Source: Minisyncoccota bacterium
GTDB lineage: Bacteria > Patescibacteriota > Minisyncoccia > Minisyncoccales > CSSED10-335
DNA: 64,000 nt
Assembly (NCBI GenBank): GCA_028701035.1
Contig: JAQVRO010000001.1
Coordinates: 5,497-69,496, forward strand
Reading direction: 5' to 3'
The position numbers and the translations under genes are program-made. The notes below the pieces were generated by a model. It saw only the letters and a list, made by a program, of their open reading frames with translations. It searched no databases and had not been told where the DNA came from. Every line of letters starts with the position of its first letter. Positions within the stretch are counted from its first letter, which is position 1. Shown one piece after another: positions 30,190 through 40,517 of the stretch.

Positions 30190-30702
30190 CTACAAAAAAC
30201 CTAAACTCTTAAAAGATGTTTCGTAAACTTTAAGCACCTCTCTCACATTATCTTCGGTAAGTTTAAAATCTGGCTCTTGGATTATAGAATTTCTGGTTTT
30301 TCTAACTTCTCTTAATTCGTTGATATTAGCAATATCAATTGATGTTAATCTCTCTACTTTTTCTTCGGTTGTTTCTTCAGTATAACCCATAAACTTAAGC
30401 ATATCATCTAATAGTGCATCTGCTTCAATAACAGCAAGCTTGTATTCCGACTCAATCCCAGTATCAATCTTCTTTAAAATCTTTTTCCATTCTTTAGCGT
30501 ATTTATTGCTACCATAGGGTTTAAACATTACAAACTCAACAATATCTTCCCAAAATCTAAAACGAATCCAACTAGTTGTTGCCAAAGAGTAGAATATTAT
30601 AAAAACAAAGAATACCGACAATCCAATAAAAAGAACTCTCGCTCCTAGATAAATATATAGATAAGGATAAGGTATTAAAGATGGATCTATTAAATATTCC
30701 AT
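30190..30702 (-). CDS. Hypothetical membrane-anchored protein
   Basis: N-terminal TM; YKLAVIEADALLD motif; overlaps the end of gatA. Confidence 0.75.
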   Translation of the reverse strand: MEYLIDPSLIPYPYLYIYLGARVLFIGLSVFFVFIIFYSLATTSWIRFRFWEDIVEFVMFKPYGSNKYAKEWKKILKKIDTGIESEYKLAVIEADALLDDMLKFMGYTEETTEEKVERLTSIDIANINELREVRKTRNSIIQEPDFKLTEDNVREVLKVYETSFKSLGFL

Positions 30703-32099
30703 ATTTTTTCAAATTGTTTACCGGCTGATAATATTTTAGCTTCGTCAAAATGCTTACCTATTACTTGTATTCCCACTGGAAGATTATCAAGTTTTTTACA
30801 AGGCATAGACAATGCTGGAAGTCCTGCTAAGTTTATCGTAACAGTAAATATATCTAAAAGATACATCTCTAATGGATCCGTTGCCTTTTCCCCTATCTTA
30901 AAAGGAAAAGACGGAGACACTGGAGCAATTATTAAATCAACTTTTTTAAATGCATCTATAAAATCCTGACGAATAAAATGACGGACCTCGAGAGCTTTCT
31001 TGTAATATGCATCTTTATATCCAGCAGAGAGCGTGTGAGTTCCTAGAATAATTCTTCTTTTTACTTCCTTACCAAAACCATTACCTCGGTTTTGAAAATA
31101 GCTATCTATCAAGTCCTTGGCATCATCGTCCGAAAATCCATATCTCAGTCCATCATACTTACCCATATTAGAAGATACTTCTGATGATGTAATAATATAA
31201 TATGTAGAAAGAGCGTATTTAGTGTGAGGTAGAGAAATATCCACAACCTCAACTCCAAAATTACGCAACTCGTCAATGCTTTTATCAATTTCTTTTTTCA
31301 TATTCAGATCGATACCATCAATAAAATACTCTTTTGGGATGCCAACTTTTAATTTGGAAATTTCAACATTACATTCTTTAAATGAATAATCAGCCGAAGT
31401 AGAGTCTAAATTGTCCCGCCCCGAAATATTTTTGAAAACAATTTCAGCATCTTCAACATTCTTAGATATTACTCCAATTTGATCTAGTGAAGAAGCCATA
31501 GCCGCGAGCCCATAACGAGAAACTGCACCATAAGTGGGTTTAAGCCCAACAACGCCACAGAAGGCCGCTGGTTGCCTTATAGAGCCACCCGTATCAGAAC
31601 CTAGCGCCACTGTAGTTGTGCCCGAAGCTACTGCGGCCGCCGAACCACCCGAAGAACCCCCTGGAACTCTTGTTTTATCAATTGGATTTAGAGTAGCTCC
31701 AAAGAAAGAACTCTCAGTAGAAGAACCCATAGCAAACTCATCTAAATTGGTTTTACCTAAAAATACAGCTCCAGATTCTTTTAGCTTTTTAATAACACTG
31801 GCGTCGTATGGCGGAGTATAGTCTTTTAGAGCCAAAGATGCCGAGGTGCATTTTACCCCCCTGATCATAATATTATCTTTTATTGCTATAGGAATTCCAA
31901 GCAAGTCCCCTCTTTCTCCATTTTTAATACGCTCATCTGCTCTTTTAGCTTGCTCTAATGCAAGCTCTTTATTCTTTGAAATATATGCCGAGCAAGAATC
32001 TTCTTTGTTTAAGAAAAACTCAGTAAGCTCTACTGAAGAAAATTTACCATCGTATAATCCACTAGAAAGTTCTTTAATTGTCATTAACGAATAATCCAT
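30690..32099 (-). CDS. gatA: Asp/Glu-tRNA amidotransferase subunit A
   Basis: GKTNLDEFAMGSS, PGGSSGGSAAAV, GSDTGGSIRQP, YDGLRYG. Confidence 0.98.
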   Translation of the reverse strand: MDYSLMTIKELSSGLYDGKFSSVELTEFFLNKEDSCSAYISKNKELALEQAKRADERIKNGERGDLLGIPIAIKDNIMIRGVKCTSASLALKDYTPPYDASVIKKLKESGAVFLGKTNLDEFAMGSSTESSFFGATLNPIDKTRVPGGSSGGSAAAVASGTTTVALGSDTGGSIRQPAAFCGVVGLKPTYGAVSRYGLAAMASSLDQIGVISKNVEDAEIVFKNISGRDNLDSTSADYSFKECNVEISKLKVGIPKEYFIDGIDLNMKKEIDKSIDELRNFGVEVVDISLPHTKYALSTYYIITSSEVSSNMGKYDGLRYGFSDDDAKDLIDSYFQNRGNGFGKEVKRRIILGTHTLSAGYKDAYYKKALEVRHFIRQDFIDAFKKVDLIIAPVSPSFPFKIGEKATDPLEMYLLDIFTVTINLAGLPALSMPCKKLDNLPVGIQVIGKHFDEAKILSAGKQFEKIWNI

Positions 32100-32103
32100 A
32101 TAT

Positions 32104-32370
32104 TTAAAGAATTGGTTTTACTTTTAAGAATCTACCCTCTTTGTTATTAAAAGAATTAATAATTAAATCTTTATCATCAAAATCAATTGCGACATCGTCT
32201 CTAAAAACACTACTCAAATCGCTTTGGAAATAATCTTGTTGTTTATGGGAAATATTGGCTTCCTTTAAATCATCTACATAATCTAAAACGATAGCGATAT
32301 CTTTTCTTAAATCTTCTTCCTCTTTTGGATCAAAGCTTATTCTTGCTAAATTAGAAAGTTTTTTAATCAT
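32104..32370 (-). CDS. gatC: Asp/Glu-tRNA amidotransferase subunit C
   Basis: LSNLARI, FRDD, FLKVKPIL; directly upstream of gatA. Confidence 0.88.
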   Translation of the reverse strand: MIKKLSNLARISFDPKEEEDLRKDIAIVLDYVDDLKEANISHKQQDYFQSDLSSVFRDDVAIDFDDKDLIINSFNNKEGRFLKVKPIL

Positions 32371-33437
32371 TATCTTGGAGTTTCAATCGTATCAGTGTCA
32401 ACTAATACTTCTTGAAGTTCGTCTATATTTTCTAATACGAAACCTGCGCCACGAGCAACAGCAGTTAAAGGATCGTCCACAATAGTTGTTTTAATTTTTG
32501 TTTCTTGCGTAATTAATGTGTCTAATCCCTTTAATAAACTTCCACCACCCATAAGAAATATTCCTTTATTCATAATATCAGCCAAAAGTTCGGGTGGTGT
32601 TTCTTCAACAATCATTTTTATAGTTGAAACAATTTCTTTTACCGACTTTTCCATCGCCTTCCTGGCATTTTTGTCATTAATAATTATCTCTTCGGGCAAC
32701 CCACTTACCAAATTTCTACCTCTAATCGGCATCTCTAGTTTATCTTTAAGTGGATAAGCCGATCCAATATTAATCTTAACATTTTCTGCGGTTCTTTCTC
32801 CAATTAATAGCTTGTACTCCTCTTGAGCAAATTTAATAATATCTTCGTTAAGTCTGTCTCCAGCAACTCTTAAACTTTTAGCAACCACAATACCTCCTAA
32901 AGATATTACCGCAACCTCGGTAGTTCCTCCACCGATATCTACAACGAAATTACCACCGGCATCTTGGACTGGTAAGCGTGCTCCAATAGCTGAAGCCATT
33001 GGCTCCTCAATAAGATAAACAACGCTAGCTCCGGCACTTATACCTGCGTCTTGAACTGCCTTCCTCTCTACCTCAGTTACACCAACAGGGATACCAACTA
33101 TTAATCTTGGTCTAAAGCTAAAAGGAAATTTTCTTTGATATGCTTTATCAATAAAATAACGAAGCATTTGTTCGGTTACTTCAAAGTCAGAAACAACTCC
33201 AGAAACCAAAGGCCTAGTCGCCACAATATGGGCTGGAGTTTTTCCAACCATTCTTTTGGCTTCTTCACCAATTGATAAAATCTGACCCGTTTTTTGATTT
33301 ACCGCAACTACCGAAGGTTCAGAGATTATAATACCACGACCTCGCACATAAACTAAAGAATTAGCTGTTCCTAGGTCTATAGCAATATCGGTAGAAAATT
33401 TATTCAAGCTATCAGATAAAAATTTGTTTTTAAACAT
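32370..33437 (-). CDS. mreB: Rod shape-determining protein MreB (paralog 1)
   Basis: DIAIDLGTANS, EPSVVA, EEPMASAIGA, DIGGGTTEVA. Confidence 0.95.
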   Translation of the reverse strand: MFKNKFLSDSLNKFSTDIAIDLGTANSLVYVRGRGIIISEPSVVAVNQKTGQILSIGEEAKRMVGKTPAHIVATRPLVSGVVSDFEVTEQMLRYFIDKAYQRKFPFSFRPRLIVGIPVGVTEVERKAVQDAGISAGASVVYLIEEPMASAIGARLPVQDAGGNFVVDIGGGTTEVAVISLGGIVVAKSLRVAGDRLNEDIIKFAQEEYKLLIGERTAENVKINIGSAYPLKDKLEMPIRGRNLVSGLPEEIIINDKNARKAMEKSVKEIVSTIKMIVEETPPELLADIMNKGIFLMGGGSLLKGLDTLITQETKIKTTIVDDPLTAVARGAGFVLENIDELQEVLVDTDTIETPR

Positions 33438-33450
33438 ATTTGTAATTAAA

Positions 33451-34515
33451 TTATCGGAATATATCGTAAAATGTAACGATTACGAAAAGACAAAGTAAAA
33501 CAATAAAAGATCCGGCAATAAGACTCTGCTCTATCTTTTCGCTAACTGGCGAACCCTTAATCTTTTCAATAAGCAAGAATAATAACCGACCACCATCTAG
33601 GGCTGGTATTGGTATCAAATTAAATATCGCTAAAGATATAGAAACCATAACCATTACTTGCAAATAATCAATTATTCCTCGATCAAGCGCACCAACAAAA
33701 AAATCTTTAACAATGCCAACTGGACCAGCTACTTGAACTCCCGCGGGTAATTCTTCTCGAAACACAGCATTTTTAGCGCTAGTGCCTAATATTTTGACTA
33801 CATTAAATGTTATCTTGCCAGTCATTGTTGCTCCATATATTGGTGCTTCGTACCAAGGATATTTTACTGTTTCTACTCTGGCTAAGAAAAATCCAACTAC
33901 TCCGTCCTCTGCCAAAGATTGCACAACGACCTCTTCTTGTTTTTTGCCTCTCTCAATAGTTAGCGTAATAGGTTCTCCTGCATAATTGGATAAAAAGTTA
34001 CTTGCTTCATATCTTCTAGATACATCAATCTTTTCTGTGGCTGATTCCATACTTAAAATAATATCTCCCGATCCAAGACCAGCAACTGATGCCGGATAAT
34101 CCTTTTCTACACCAGTAATCATGACTTTGGCATTTGGAGATTCAACACTGTCTATGATTGCTTGAGGCATACCAATCATCGCCATAAGGGTTAGCAATAA
34201 AAAGGCTACTATCCAAAAAGCAACAACTCCGCCTAAAAGTATTAAGGCTCTTTGATATATTGGCTTTTGACTAAAGCTTCTTTCTCCGTCAGCTGCTTTT
34301 TGTTCTCCGTACATATTCACAAAAGCACCAATTGGTAGAAGATTTAAAGAGTATTCGGTCTCCCCTATTTTCTTAGCACAAATTCTAGGTGGAATTCCAA
34401 TACCAAACTCTTCAACTCTTACATTGTAATACTTGGCTACTAAAAAATGTCCTAGCTCGTGCAAAGCCACCAATAAGACTAAACTAGCAATTGAGATGAT
34501 GATATATAATAGCAT
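33451..34515 (-). CDS. rseP: RIP metalloprotease RseP (M50)
   Basis: HELGH, PDZ region, NLIPIPALDGG. Confidence 0.93.
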   Translation of the reverse strand: MLLYIIISIASLVLLVALHELGHFLVAKYYNVRVEEFGIGIPPRICAKKIGETEYSLNLLPIGAFVNMYGEQKAADGERSFSQKPIYQRALILLGGVVAFWIVAFLLLTLMAMIGMPQAIIDSVESPNAKVMITGVEKDYPASVAGLGSGDIILSMESATEKIDVSRRYEASNFLSNYAGEPITLTIERGKKQEEVVVQSLAEDGVVGFFLARVETVKYPWYEAPIYGATMTGKITFNVVKILGTSAKNAVFREELPAGVQVAGPVGIVKDFFVGALDRGIIDYLQVMVMVSISLAIFNLIPIPALDGGRLLFLLIEKIKGSPVSEKIEQSLIAGSFIVLLCLFVIVTFYDIFR

Positions 34516-34516
34516 T

Positions 34517-35077
34517 TTAGTTTTCCATTATTTCTTTTTTCTTTCTATCAGAAATATTTTCTATTTTCTGATTATATTCGTCGACTGTTTTTTGAAGATC
34601 ATCTTTTCCTTTGAACTTATCATCTTCTCTAATTAATCCGTCTTTAAAACCATCTTGGATCTCTTTCCAAGATTCTTCGCGAACCTTTCTTAGTGAAACT
34701 CGGGCGTCCTCGCTCTTTTCATTTAAGATTTTAACAAGATTAGTCCTAAACTCCTCTGTTAGTGGTGGTAAAAATATATTAATAGAATCTTGATCGGTTG
34801 AAGGGTTAACTCCAAGATCAGACTGAGAAATGGCCTTTTCTATTACTTGATTTAGTGTTCTGTCCCATGGCTGGATACTTATCGCTCTAGGACCCGATAT
34901 GTTTATTGAGGCGACCTGCTTAATAGGCATCTTAGTCCCATAAGAATCAACCATGATATTTTCCACCAAAGAAGTAGATGCTCGACCAGTTCTAATGCTA
35001 GAAATGTCTTTTTCGTAAAAATCAATTACTTTGTCAAAATCAATTCTTGTTTTTTTAATAATATCTTTAATATCCAT
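34517..35077 (-). CDS. frr: Ribosome recycling factor
   Basis: IRTGRAS, IQPWD, PPLTEE. Confidence 0.96.
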   Translation of the reverse strand: MDIKDIIKKTRIDFDKVIDFYEKDISSIRTGRASTSLVENIMVDSYGTKMPIKQVASINISGPRAISIQPWDRTLNQVIEKAISQSDLGVNPSTDQDSINIFLPPLTEEFRTNLVKILNEKSEDARVSLRKVREESWKEIQDGFKDGLIREDDKFKGKDDLQKTVDEYNQKIENISDRKKKEIMEN

Positions 35078-35080
35078 ATT

Positions 35081-35938
35081 TTACATTTTAATAATTAATG
35101 TTTCTAAGACTATTTTCTTATTAGTATTTGTTCTTGCTATTAAGCAAATTGCGTTTTCTAACGCTACCAATACTTCACTTATTTTAGAAATTGAATAGCT
35201 AGTTTTTTCTCCATTAACAGACTTGATCATAAGGGCTCGAAAATAGCTTAACCATATTTCTAATAAATCTTGGGGCTCTTCTATTTCTTTAATATATTGA
35301 AACTTTTTAAAGACAGGCGTTTTGGGTGAAATTAAAACCATTAGCTCTTTGATCTTTTCTCGTCTCAACGATATTTTAGAATAATCATTTTTAAAATCTA
35401 TTGCAAGCCCTGGTCTTCCAAAAGAAAAAAGGGCAATCTCCTCTGCAACTTTATCTTGACAATCAAGATATGTCAAATGCTTTTTTACTTCACTAAAGCT
35501 TACTGGAAAGAATTTTATCTTAGACATTCTAGAGCGAACAGTATTTAGTAGAGAATCGCTATGATCAGTTACAAGAATAAGAACTGAATCTCCAGTTGGC
35601 TCTTCTAGTATTTTTAAAATAGAATTCTGAGCAAAATCATTCATTAAATGAGCATCGTTGATAATAACAACTTTATACTGTGCAGAGTATGGCTTCATCG
35701 AAAATCTTTCAATCAAAGAACGAATTTGACCTATTTTAATTTCCCCATCTTCGGGCTCAACAATTAATAAGTCGGGATGATTTAGATTGGGGCTAGAAAG
35801 TAATTGACTTGCAAAATCTAGGGCTACCGTTTTTTTCCCAAGACCAGATAATCCCTCAAAAAGCATCGCGTGGGGAACTTTCCCCGATTTAATCATGTTT
35901 GATAATACTTGCCTTTGTTGGCTGTGTCCGACAACCAT
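35081..35938 (-). CDS. holB: DNA polymerase III delta' subunit
   Basis: HAMLFEGLSGLGK, HPD, NSILKILEEP, TVRSR. Confidence 0.88.
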   Translation of the reverse strand: MVVGHSQQRQVLSNMIKSGKVPHAMLFEGLSGLGKKTVALDFASQLLSSPNLNHPDLLIVEPEDGEIKIGQIRSLIERFSMKPYSAQYKVVIINDAHLMNDFAQNSILKILEEPTGDSVLILVTDHSDSLLNTVRSRMSKIKFFPVSFSEVKKHLTYLDCQDKVAEEIALFSFGRPGLAIDFKNDYSKISLRREKIKELMVLISPKTPVFKKFQYIKEIEEPQDLLEIWLSYFRALMIKSVNGEKTSYSISKISEVLVALENAICLIARTNTNKKIVLETLIIKM

Positions 35939-35940
35939 AA

Positions 35941-36948
35941 TTATTTCTTAATCATTATACTTCTCTTATAGGCATCAATGTGATCCAATACCTCGCTAGT
36001 TCCCTTGGCGACGCAAACAAGTGGATCTTCGGCAATAAAACAAGGAACTCCTGTGCTCTCAGAAATCAAAACATCTATTTCTCTTAATAGTGCTCCTCCA
36101 CCAGCAACAACCATACCTTTGTCCATAATATCAGCTGAGAGCTCGGGCGGTGTATCTCGCAAAACCTGGCGAATGGCTTTAATCATTTCGTCTAGCGTCC
36201 CCTCCATTGCCTCGGCAACCTCATTAGAGCTAACATCAATATTTCTTGGCAAACCCAAGATAAGGTCTCGCCCCCTTACATTCATAGTCATTTCTTCTTT
36301 TACTGGAACTGCGGTTCCTATCTTAATTTTAATATCCTCGGCAGTTTGAATTCCAATAGCCAACTTATACTTCTTTTTTATATACTCTACTATAGACTCA
36401 TCAAGTTTATCTCCAGCTGTTCTTAGAGAGTAATATGTTACAATACCACCTAGGGATAATACTGCCACCTCTGAAGTTCCTCCACCAATATCAACAATCA
36501 TATGACCTGAGCAAGAGTTAATTGGTATACCGGCTCCAATAGCAGCCAAAACTGGCTCTTTAGTTAGGTAAACATTTTTAGCACCAGCTAGAGTGCCTGC
36601 TTCAATTACTGCTCTCTTCTCTGTTGATGTAATGCCAGCAGGAACACCAACAACTAAATCGGGTTTGAAAAAACTCCAACGCCCCAAACTCTTCTCAATA
36701 AAATAGCGAAGCATTGCCTCGGTAATCTTATACTCGGCAATGACGCCATCTCTCAGTGGACGATATACTTTTATAGTATCAGGAGTTCGGCCAATCATTT
36801 TTTTGGCCTCAGCACCAACAGCCATAACCTTGTTTTCTAAAACAGAAACAGCCACAACAGATGGCTCGTTAATAACAACACCTTTTCCCGGCACAAAAGC
36901 TAGTGAATTACATGTTCCTAAATCTATTCCAATTTTTCTTACAAACAT
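35941..36948 (-). CDS. mreB: Rod shape-determining protein MreB (paralog 2)
   Basis: IGIDLGT, EPSVVA, RPLRDGVI, DIGGGTSEVA, TPPELSADI. Confidence 0.95.
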   Translation of the reverse strand: MFVRKIGIDLGTCNSLAFVPGKGVVINEPSVVAVSVLENKVMAVGAEAKKMIGRTPDTIKVYRPLRDGVIAEYKITEAMLRYFIEKSLGRWSFFKPDLVVGVPAGITSTEKRAVIEAGTLAGAKNVYLTKEPVLAAIGAGIPINSCSGHMIVDIGGGTSEVAVLSLGGIVTYYSLRTAGDKLDESIVEYIKKKYKLAIGIQTAEDIKIKIGTAVPVKEEMTMNVRGRDLILGLPRNIDVSSNEVAEAMEGTLDEMIKAIRQVLRDTPPELSADIMDKGMVVAGGGALLREIDVLISESTGVPCFIAEDPLVCVAKGTSEVLDHIDAYKRSIMIKK

Positions 36949-36950
36949 AT

Positions 36951-38225
36951 TTATGATTCTAAAGTTATTCTTTTAATGTCCCCCCCAATACCTTGCAATC
37001 TTTCTTCTATTTTTTCATAACCACGATCAATCTGCTCCATATTATGAATTGTGGTTATTCCTTGAGCCGCCAAACCTGCAGATATTAAAGCAGCTCCAGC
37101 ACGCAGATCAAATGTTCTTAAATCGGTTCCATATAATTGAGTTGGCCCACCAATAATTGCCCTATGAGGATCACATACAATAATCCTCGCCCCCATCTTA
37201 TTGAGTTCTTCTAAATACTTTAATCTTCCTTCATACATTGGATCATGAATTAAAGTAGAGTCTATTGTCTGAGTAGCCAAAACCCCAAACATAGACTGTA
37301 AGTCAGTTGGAATGCCTGGATAAGGAAGAGCTTGAATAGAAGCCATCTTCATATTAGAGGAACCATTGACTAATACTGTTTTGCTATCAATAATTTTAAT
37401 ATCAACCCCAAAGGACTTAAGATTTTTTATTAACAAATGCAAATAGTCTACTGGTGTATTTTTAACAATAACAGAACCACCAACAGTGGCAGTCATTAAA
37501 ATATATGTTCCCGCTTCAACATAGTCATATTGAATTGTATGTTCTGCTCCTTTTAGCTCTTTGTTTCCAATTAATTCAATTGTATGAGTTCCCTCTCCTT
37601 TAATTTGAACTCCCATCTTTTTTAAAAACAATGCAAGGTCTTGAATATGGGGCTCACAAGCTGCTAAATCAATAGTTGTTTTGTTGGGGCATAAAGCTAC
37701 CGCCATCATTACATTTTCTGTTGCCGTTACCGAGAACTCATCTAAAATAATATGGCCACCTTTTATACCGTCTTTGGCTTTCAAATAATACAATTCGTCT
37801 GATTGTTCAATAGTAACGCCGAGATCTCTAAAAGCATTCAAGTGAACATCTATTGGTCTAGCTCCGATAATACATCCCCCCGGCTTGTTAATCTCTGCCA
37901 TATTAAGTCTAGCTAACAATGGACCAATAATTAAAACCGAAGAGCGCATCTTTGTAACCAAAGATTTGTTTGTGATATTAGAAGTTATTTCTTTTGCTTG
38001 AACTTTTATCTTTCTTTCACTCAACCATTCAACCTCTGCACCCAAATCTTGAAGAAGCTCTATCATTTTAAAAACATCTTCAATCAATGGAATGTTATCA
38101 ATAATACAAGGTTGATCTGTCAAAAGTGTTGCAGCCAAAATCGGAGTTGCCGCATTCTTGGAACCCCTTACTTCTATTTCTCCTTTTAGTGGTTTTCCAC
38201 CATTAATTACAAACTTTTCAGGCAT
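36951..38225 (-). CDS. murA: UDP-N-acetylglucosamine 1-carboxyvinyltransferase
   Basis: GSKNA, MRSS, PGGCIIGARPIDVH, YPGIPTDLQ, DLRAGAAL, IDRGYE. Confidence 0.97.
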   Translation of the reverse strand: MPEKFVINGGKPLKGEIEVRGSKNAATPILAATLLTDQPCIIDNIPLIEDVFKMIELLQDLGAEVEWLSERKIKVQAKEITSNITNKSLVTKMRSSVLIIGPLLARLNMAEINKPGGCIIGARPIDVHLNAFRDLGVTIEQSDELYYLKAKDGIKGGHIILDEFSVTATENVMMAVALCPNKTTIDLAACEPHIQDLALFLKKMGVQIKGEGTHTIELIGNKELKGAEHTIQYDYVEAGTYILMTATVGGSVIVKNTPVDYLHLLIKNLKSFGVDIKIIDSKTVLVNGSSNMKMASIQALPYPGIPTDLQSMFGVLATQTIDSTLIHDPMYEGRLKYLEELNKMGARIIVCDPHRAIIGGPTQLYGTDLRTFDLRAGAALISAGLAAQGITTIHNMEQIDRGYEKIEERLQGIGGDIKRITLES

Positions 38226-38268
38226 AACACTATCATATAACAGATTTAGGAAGTTGGCAAGAGGTAGC

Positions 38269-39309
38269 CTAAGGCACCATTTTCCTTGATTCCATCAACT
38301 GATTATTACTTAAAATGTATAGTTTTTTGTTTTTTTGATTGAAATATATGCTTTCGTGGTCAATATATTCTAAATCTACAGTATTGACCTTATCTCTATT
38401 ATCAATCTCAATACTTTTAATTTCTCCCGAAACATTGAAAATTAAATAATGTGAATTTAGCCAATAAAGGTCTTTAATCTTTTTAGAGACTCTAGTAAGA
38501 AATACTTGCTCCAAATCGCTTAAGAATAAAACCTTAATCTCGTTACTATTAAAATAAGCTAGTTTGTTTTTATCGGGCGATAGTATGGGATCGTTGGGTG
38601 AACTAAACAGTAATTCGTATTCTAAATCTTTATTAAGGAAATAGAAGTCGTCATCAGCCCTGACCACTATACTGTTTAAATAATATAGTTTGTATTCTAC
38701 CCCCTCTACTATTTCTAATGGCTTCATCTTCATTACCCCACTACCCTTTTTAATAAAGCCATCTTTAGTAAGAGTAATTACTTCTTTACCACTAATCATA
38801 TAAGCTAACACATCTTCATCAATAATACTTTCTTCAGGCAAATCTTCTATGTCTCCACTAATACTGTAAGTTGAGTCATCTAGTGTAACTACACCATTAG
38901 AAAAATCTAAAACGTTTTCTTCAATAACAACAAATCCTAAATCTTTTGGTAATAATGTAATGTTATTAGCCTCAGTTACTTTCTTAGGATTAACATCGAG
39001 ATTCTTCTCCCAAGAATGATAACCATCTTTACTCACGACAACTCTGTATTTTTGAGGAATTAAATTCTCAATATATGATGTTCCAAAAAAGAAACTCGTT
39101 TCTTTTTCAATCACTAATTGATCTTTTTTAGTAATTGATATTTTAGCTTCGCGAGGTGTAACATAGAAATAAAAAGCTCCAGTTTGGACAATTTCAAAAT
39201 TATCGAAATCAAATCGATATCCTTGAGAATAGAAAACTACTGTCGGTGCAAAGATTAAAAAAAGCAAAGTAGTAACAGTAAAAAGAATGTTTCTTGTTTT
39301 TTGAGTCAT
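38269..39309 (-). CDS. PEGA-like domain membrane protein
   Basis: N-terminal TM, YSQGYRFD, KDGYHSWEK. Confidence 0.7.
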   Translation of the reverse strand: MTQKTRNILFTVTTLLFLIFAPTVVFYSQGYRFDFDNFEIVQTGAFYFYVTPREAKISITKKDQLVIEKETSFFFGTSYIENLIPQKYRVVVSKDGYHSWEKNLDVNPKKVTEANNITLLPKDLGFVVIEENVLDFSNGVVTLDDSTYSISGDIEDLPEESIIDEDVLAYMISGKEVITLTKDGFIKKGSGVMKMKPLEIVEGVEYKLYYLNSIVVRADDDFYFLNKDLEYELLFSSPNDPILSPDKNKLAYFNSNEIKVLFLSDLEQVFLTRVSKKIKDLYWLNSHYLIFNVSGEIKSIEIDNRDKVNTVDLEYIDHESIYFNQKNKKLYILSNNQLMESRKMVP

Positions 39310-39322
39310 AAATTATGTTAAA

Positions 39323-39347
39323 TATCCTGCTACTAGGTAGCAGGATA
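39323..39347 (-). terminator. Hairpin after rpsI
   Basis: TATCCTGCTAC-TAG-GTAGCAGGATA. Confidence 0.65.
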
Positions 39348-39359
39348 CTCGTAAGCAAA

Positions 39360-39812
39360 CTATCTCTTCTTCCATTGAGGAGCTCTTCTAGCTCTCTTGA
39401 GACCAAACTTCTTTCTTTCTCTTTGTCTTGGATCTCTAGTTAAGAATCCTGCTCTTCTTAGTCTTTTTCTAAACTCTTCGTTAAATTCTACCAATGCTCG
39501 AGAAATTCCGTGTCTTACTGCTTCGGCTTGAGAGTTAACTCCACCACCATGAACTTTAACCGATACCATAAACTTATCGTCACAATTCATTCTTTTTAGT
39601 GGAGAAATACAAATTTCTTGAAGAATTTTGGTAGTAAAGTATTTGTCAAATGATTTATCATTAACTGTTATCCCTTTGTCTCCTTTGGTATACATTCGAA
39701 CTCGAGCAACCGATGTCTTTCTTCTTCCAATAGTTTCAATATATCCTTTTACCTCGACAACTTCGGGCTCTTTTACTTCTTCCTTTTTGATTGTCTTTTT
39801 TTCTTCAGCCAT
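39360..39812 (-). CDS. rpsI: 30S ribosomal protein S9
   Basis: GRRKTSVARV, LTRDPRQRERKKFGL. Confidence 0.98.
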   Translation of the reverse strand: MAEEKKTIKKEEVKEPEVVEVKGYIETIGRRKTSVARVRMYTKGDKGITVNDKSFDKYFTTKILQEICISPLKRMNCDDKFMVSVKVHGGGVNSQAEAVRHGISRALVEFNEEFRKRLRRAGFLTRDPRQRERKKFGLKRARRAPQWKKR

Positions 39813-40160
39813 TTATTTAATAGTTAACCTTTTAATCATTAATGCTCTCAATTTGTTTTTGGGCAACATCCCCATTACTGCATTGCGTAATACTGTGCCT
39901 GGCTTTCTAATTTCCAAATCCTTCATTAATTCGCCCTTTAATCCTCCGGGGTATCCGCTGTGACGATAATATGTCTTCTGATCCATTTTTCTACCCGTAA
40001 TCTTAATTTGATTAGAGTTTTCAACCACAACAAAACCACCAGCATCTTTATTAGGCATAAAATCAACTCTATTTTTACCTCTTAAAAGAGTTGCAATTTC
40101 AGTTGCTAGTCTTCCTAAAGATTTACCTTTACCGTCTATATTATATGTTTCTCTTTCCAT
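39813..40160 (-). CDS. rplM: 50S ribosomal protein L13 (short form)
   Basis: LGRLAT..LRGK, YYRHSGYPGGLK, GMLPKNKL. Confidence 0.97.
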   Translation of the reverse strand: MERETYNIDGKGKSLGRLATEIATLLRGKNRVDFMPNKDAGGFVVVENSNQIKITGRKMDQKTYYRHSGYPGGLKGELMKDLEIRKPGTVLRNAVMGMLPKNKLRALMIKRLTIK

Positions 40161-40167
40161 AGTCGTA

Positions 40168-40515
40168 TTAAACTAATTCTATAAAAGCCATTTTGGCTCC
40201 ATCGGTCTTTCTTGGACCTACTTTAGTAATTCTAGTATAACCACCAGATCTATCCTTGTATTTTACTGCTAATTCTTCTACCATCTTTTTGGCAACATCT
40301 GGTGAGAAATTCTTCATTAAATTTCTTCTAGCATGAAGATCCTGACCTTTGGCAATTGTAATTTGTTTATCAAAAAATCGTGAAACTTCTTTTGCTTTTG
40401 CCTCGGTAGTTTTAATTTTACCATTCAAAACAATACCTCTGGCTAAAGAATTAAGAAGAGCGTCTCTTTGGCCTTTTTCTCTAGATAATATTCTTCCTTT
40501 TACTTTTTTTCTCAT
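40168..40515 (-). CDS. rplQ: 50S ribosomal protein L17
   Basis: IKTTEAKAKE, RSGGYTRI, DGAKMAFIEL. Confidence 0.97.
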   Translation of the reverse strand: MRKKVKGRILSREKGQRDALLNSLARGIVLNGKIKTTEAKAKEVSRFFDKQITIAKGQDLHARRNLMKNFSPDVAKKMVEELAVKYKDRSGGYTRITKVGPRKTDGAKMAFIELV

Positions 40516-40517
40516 AA

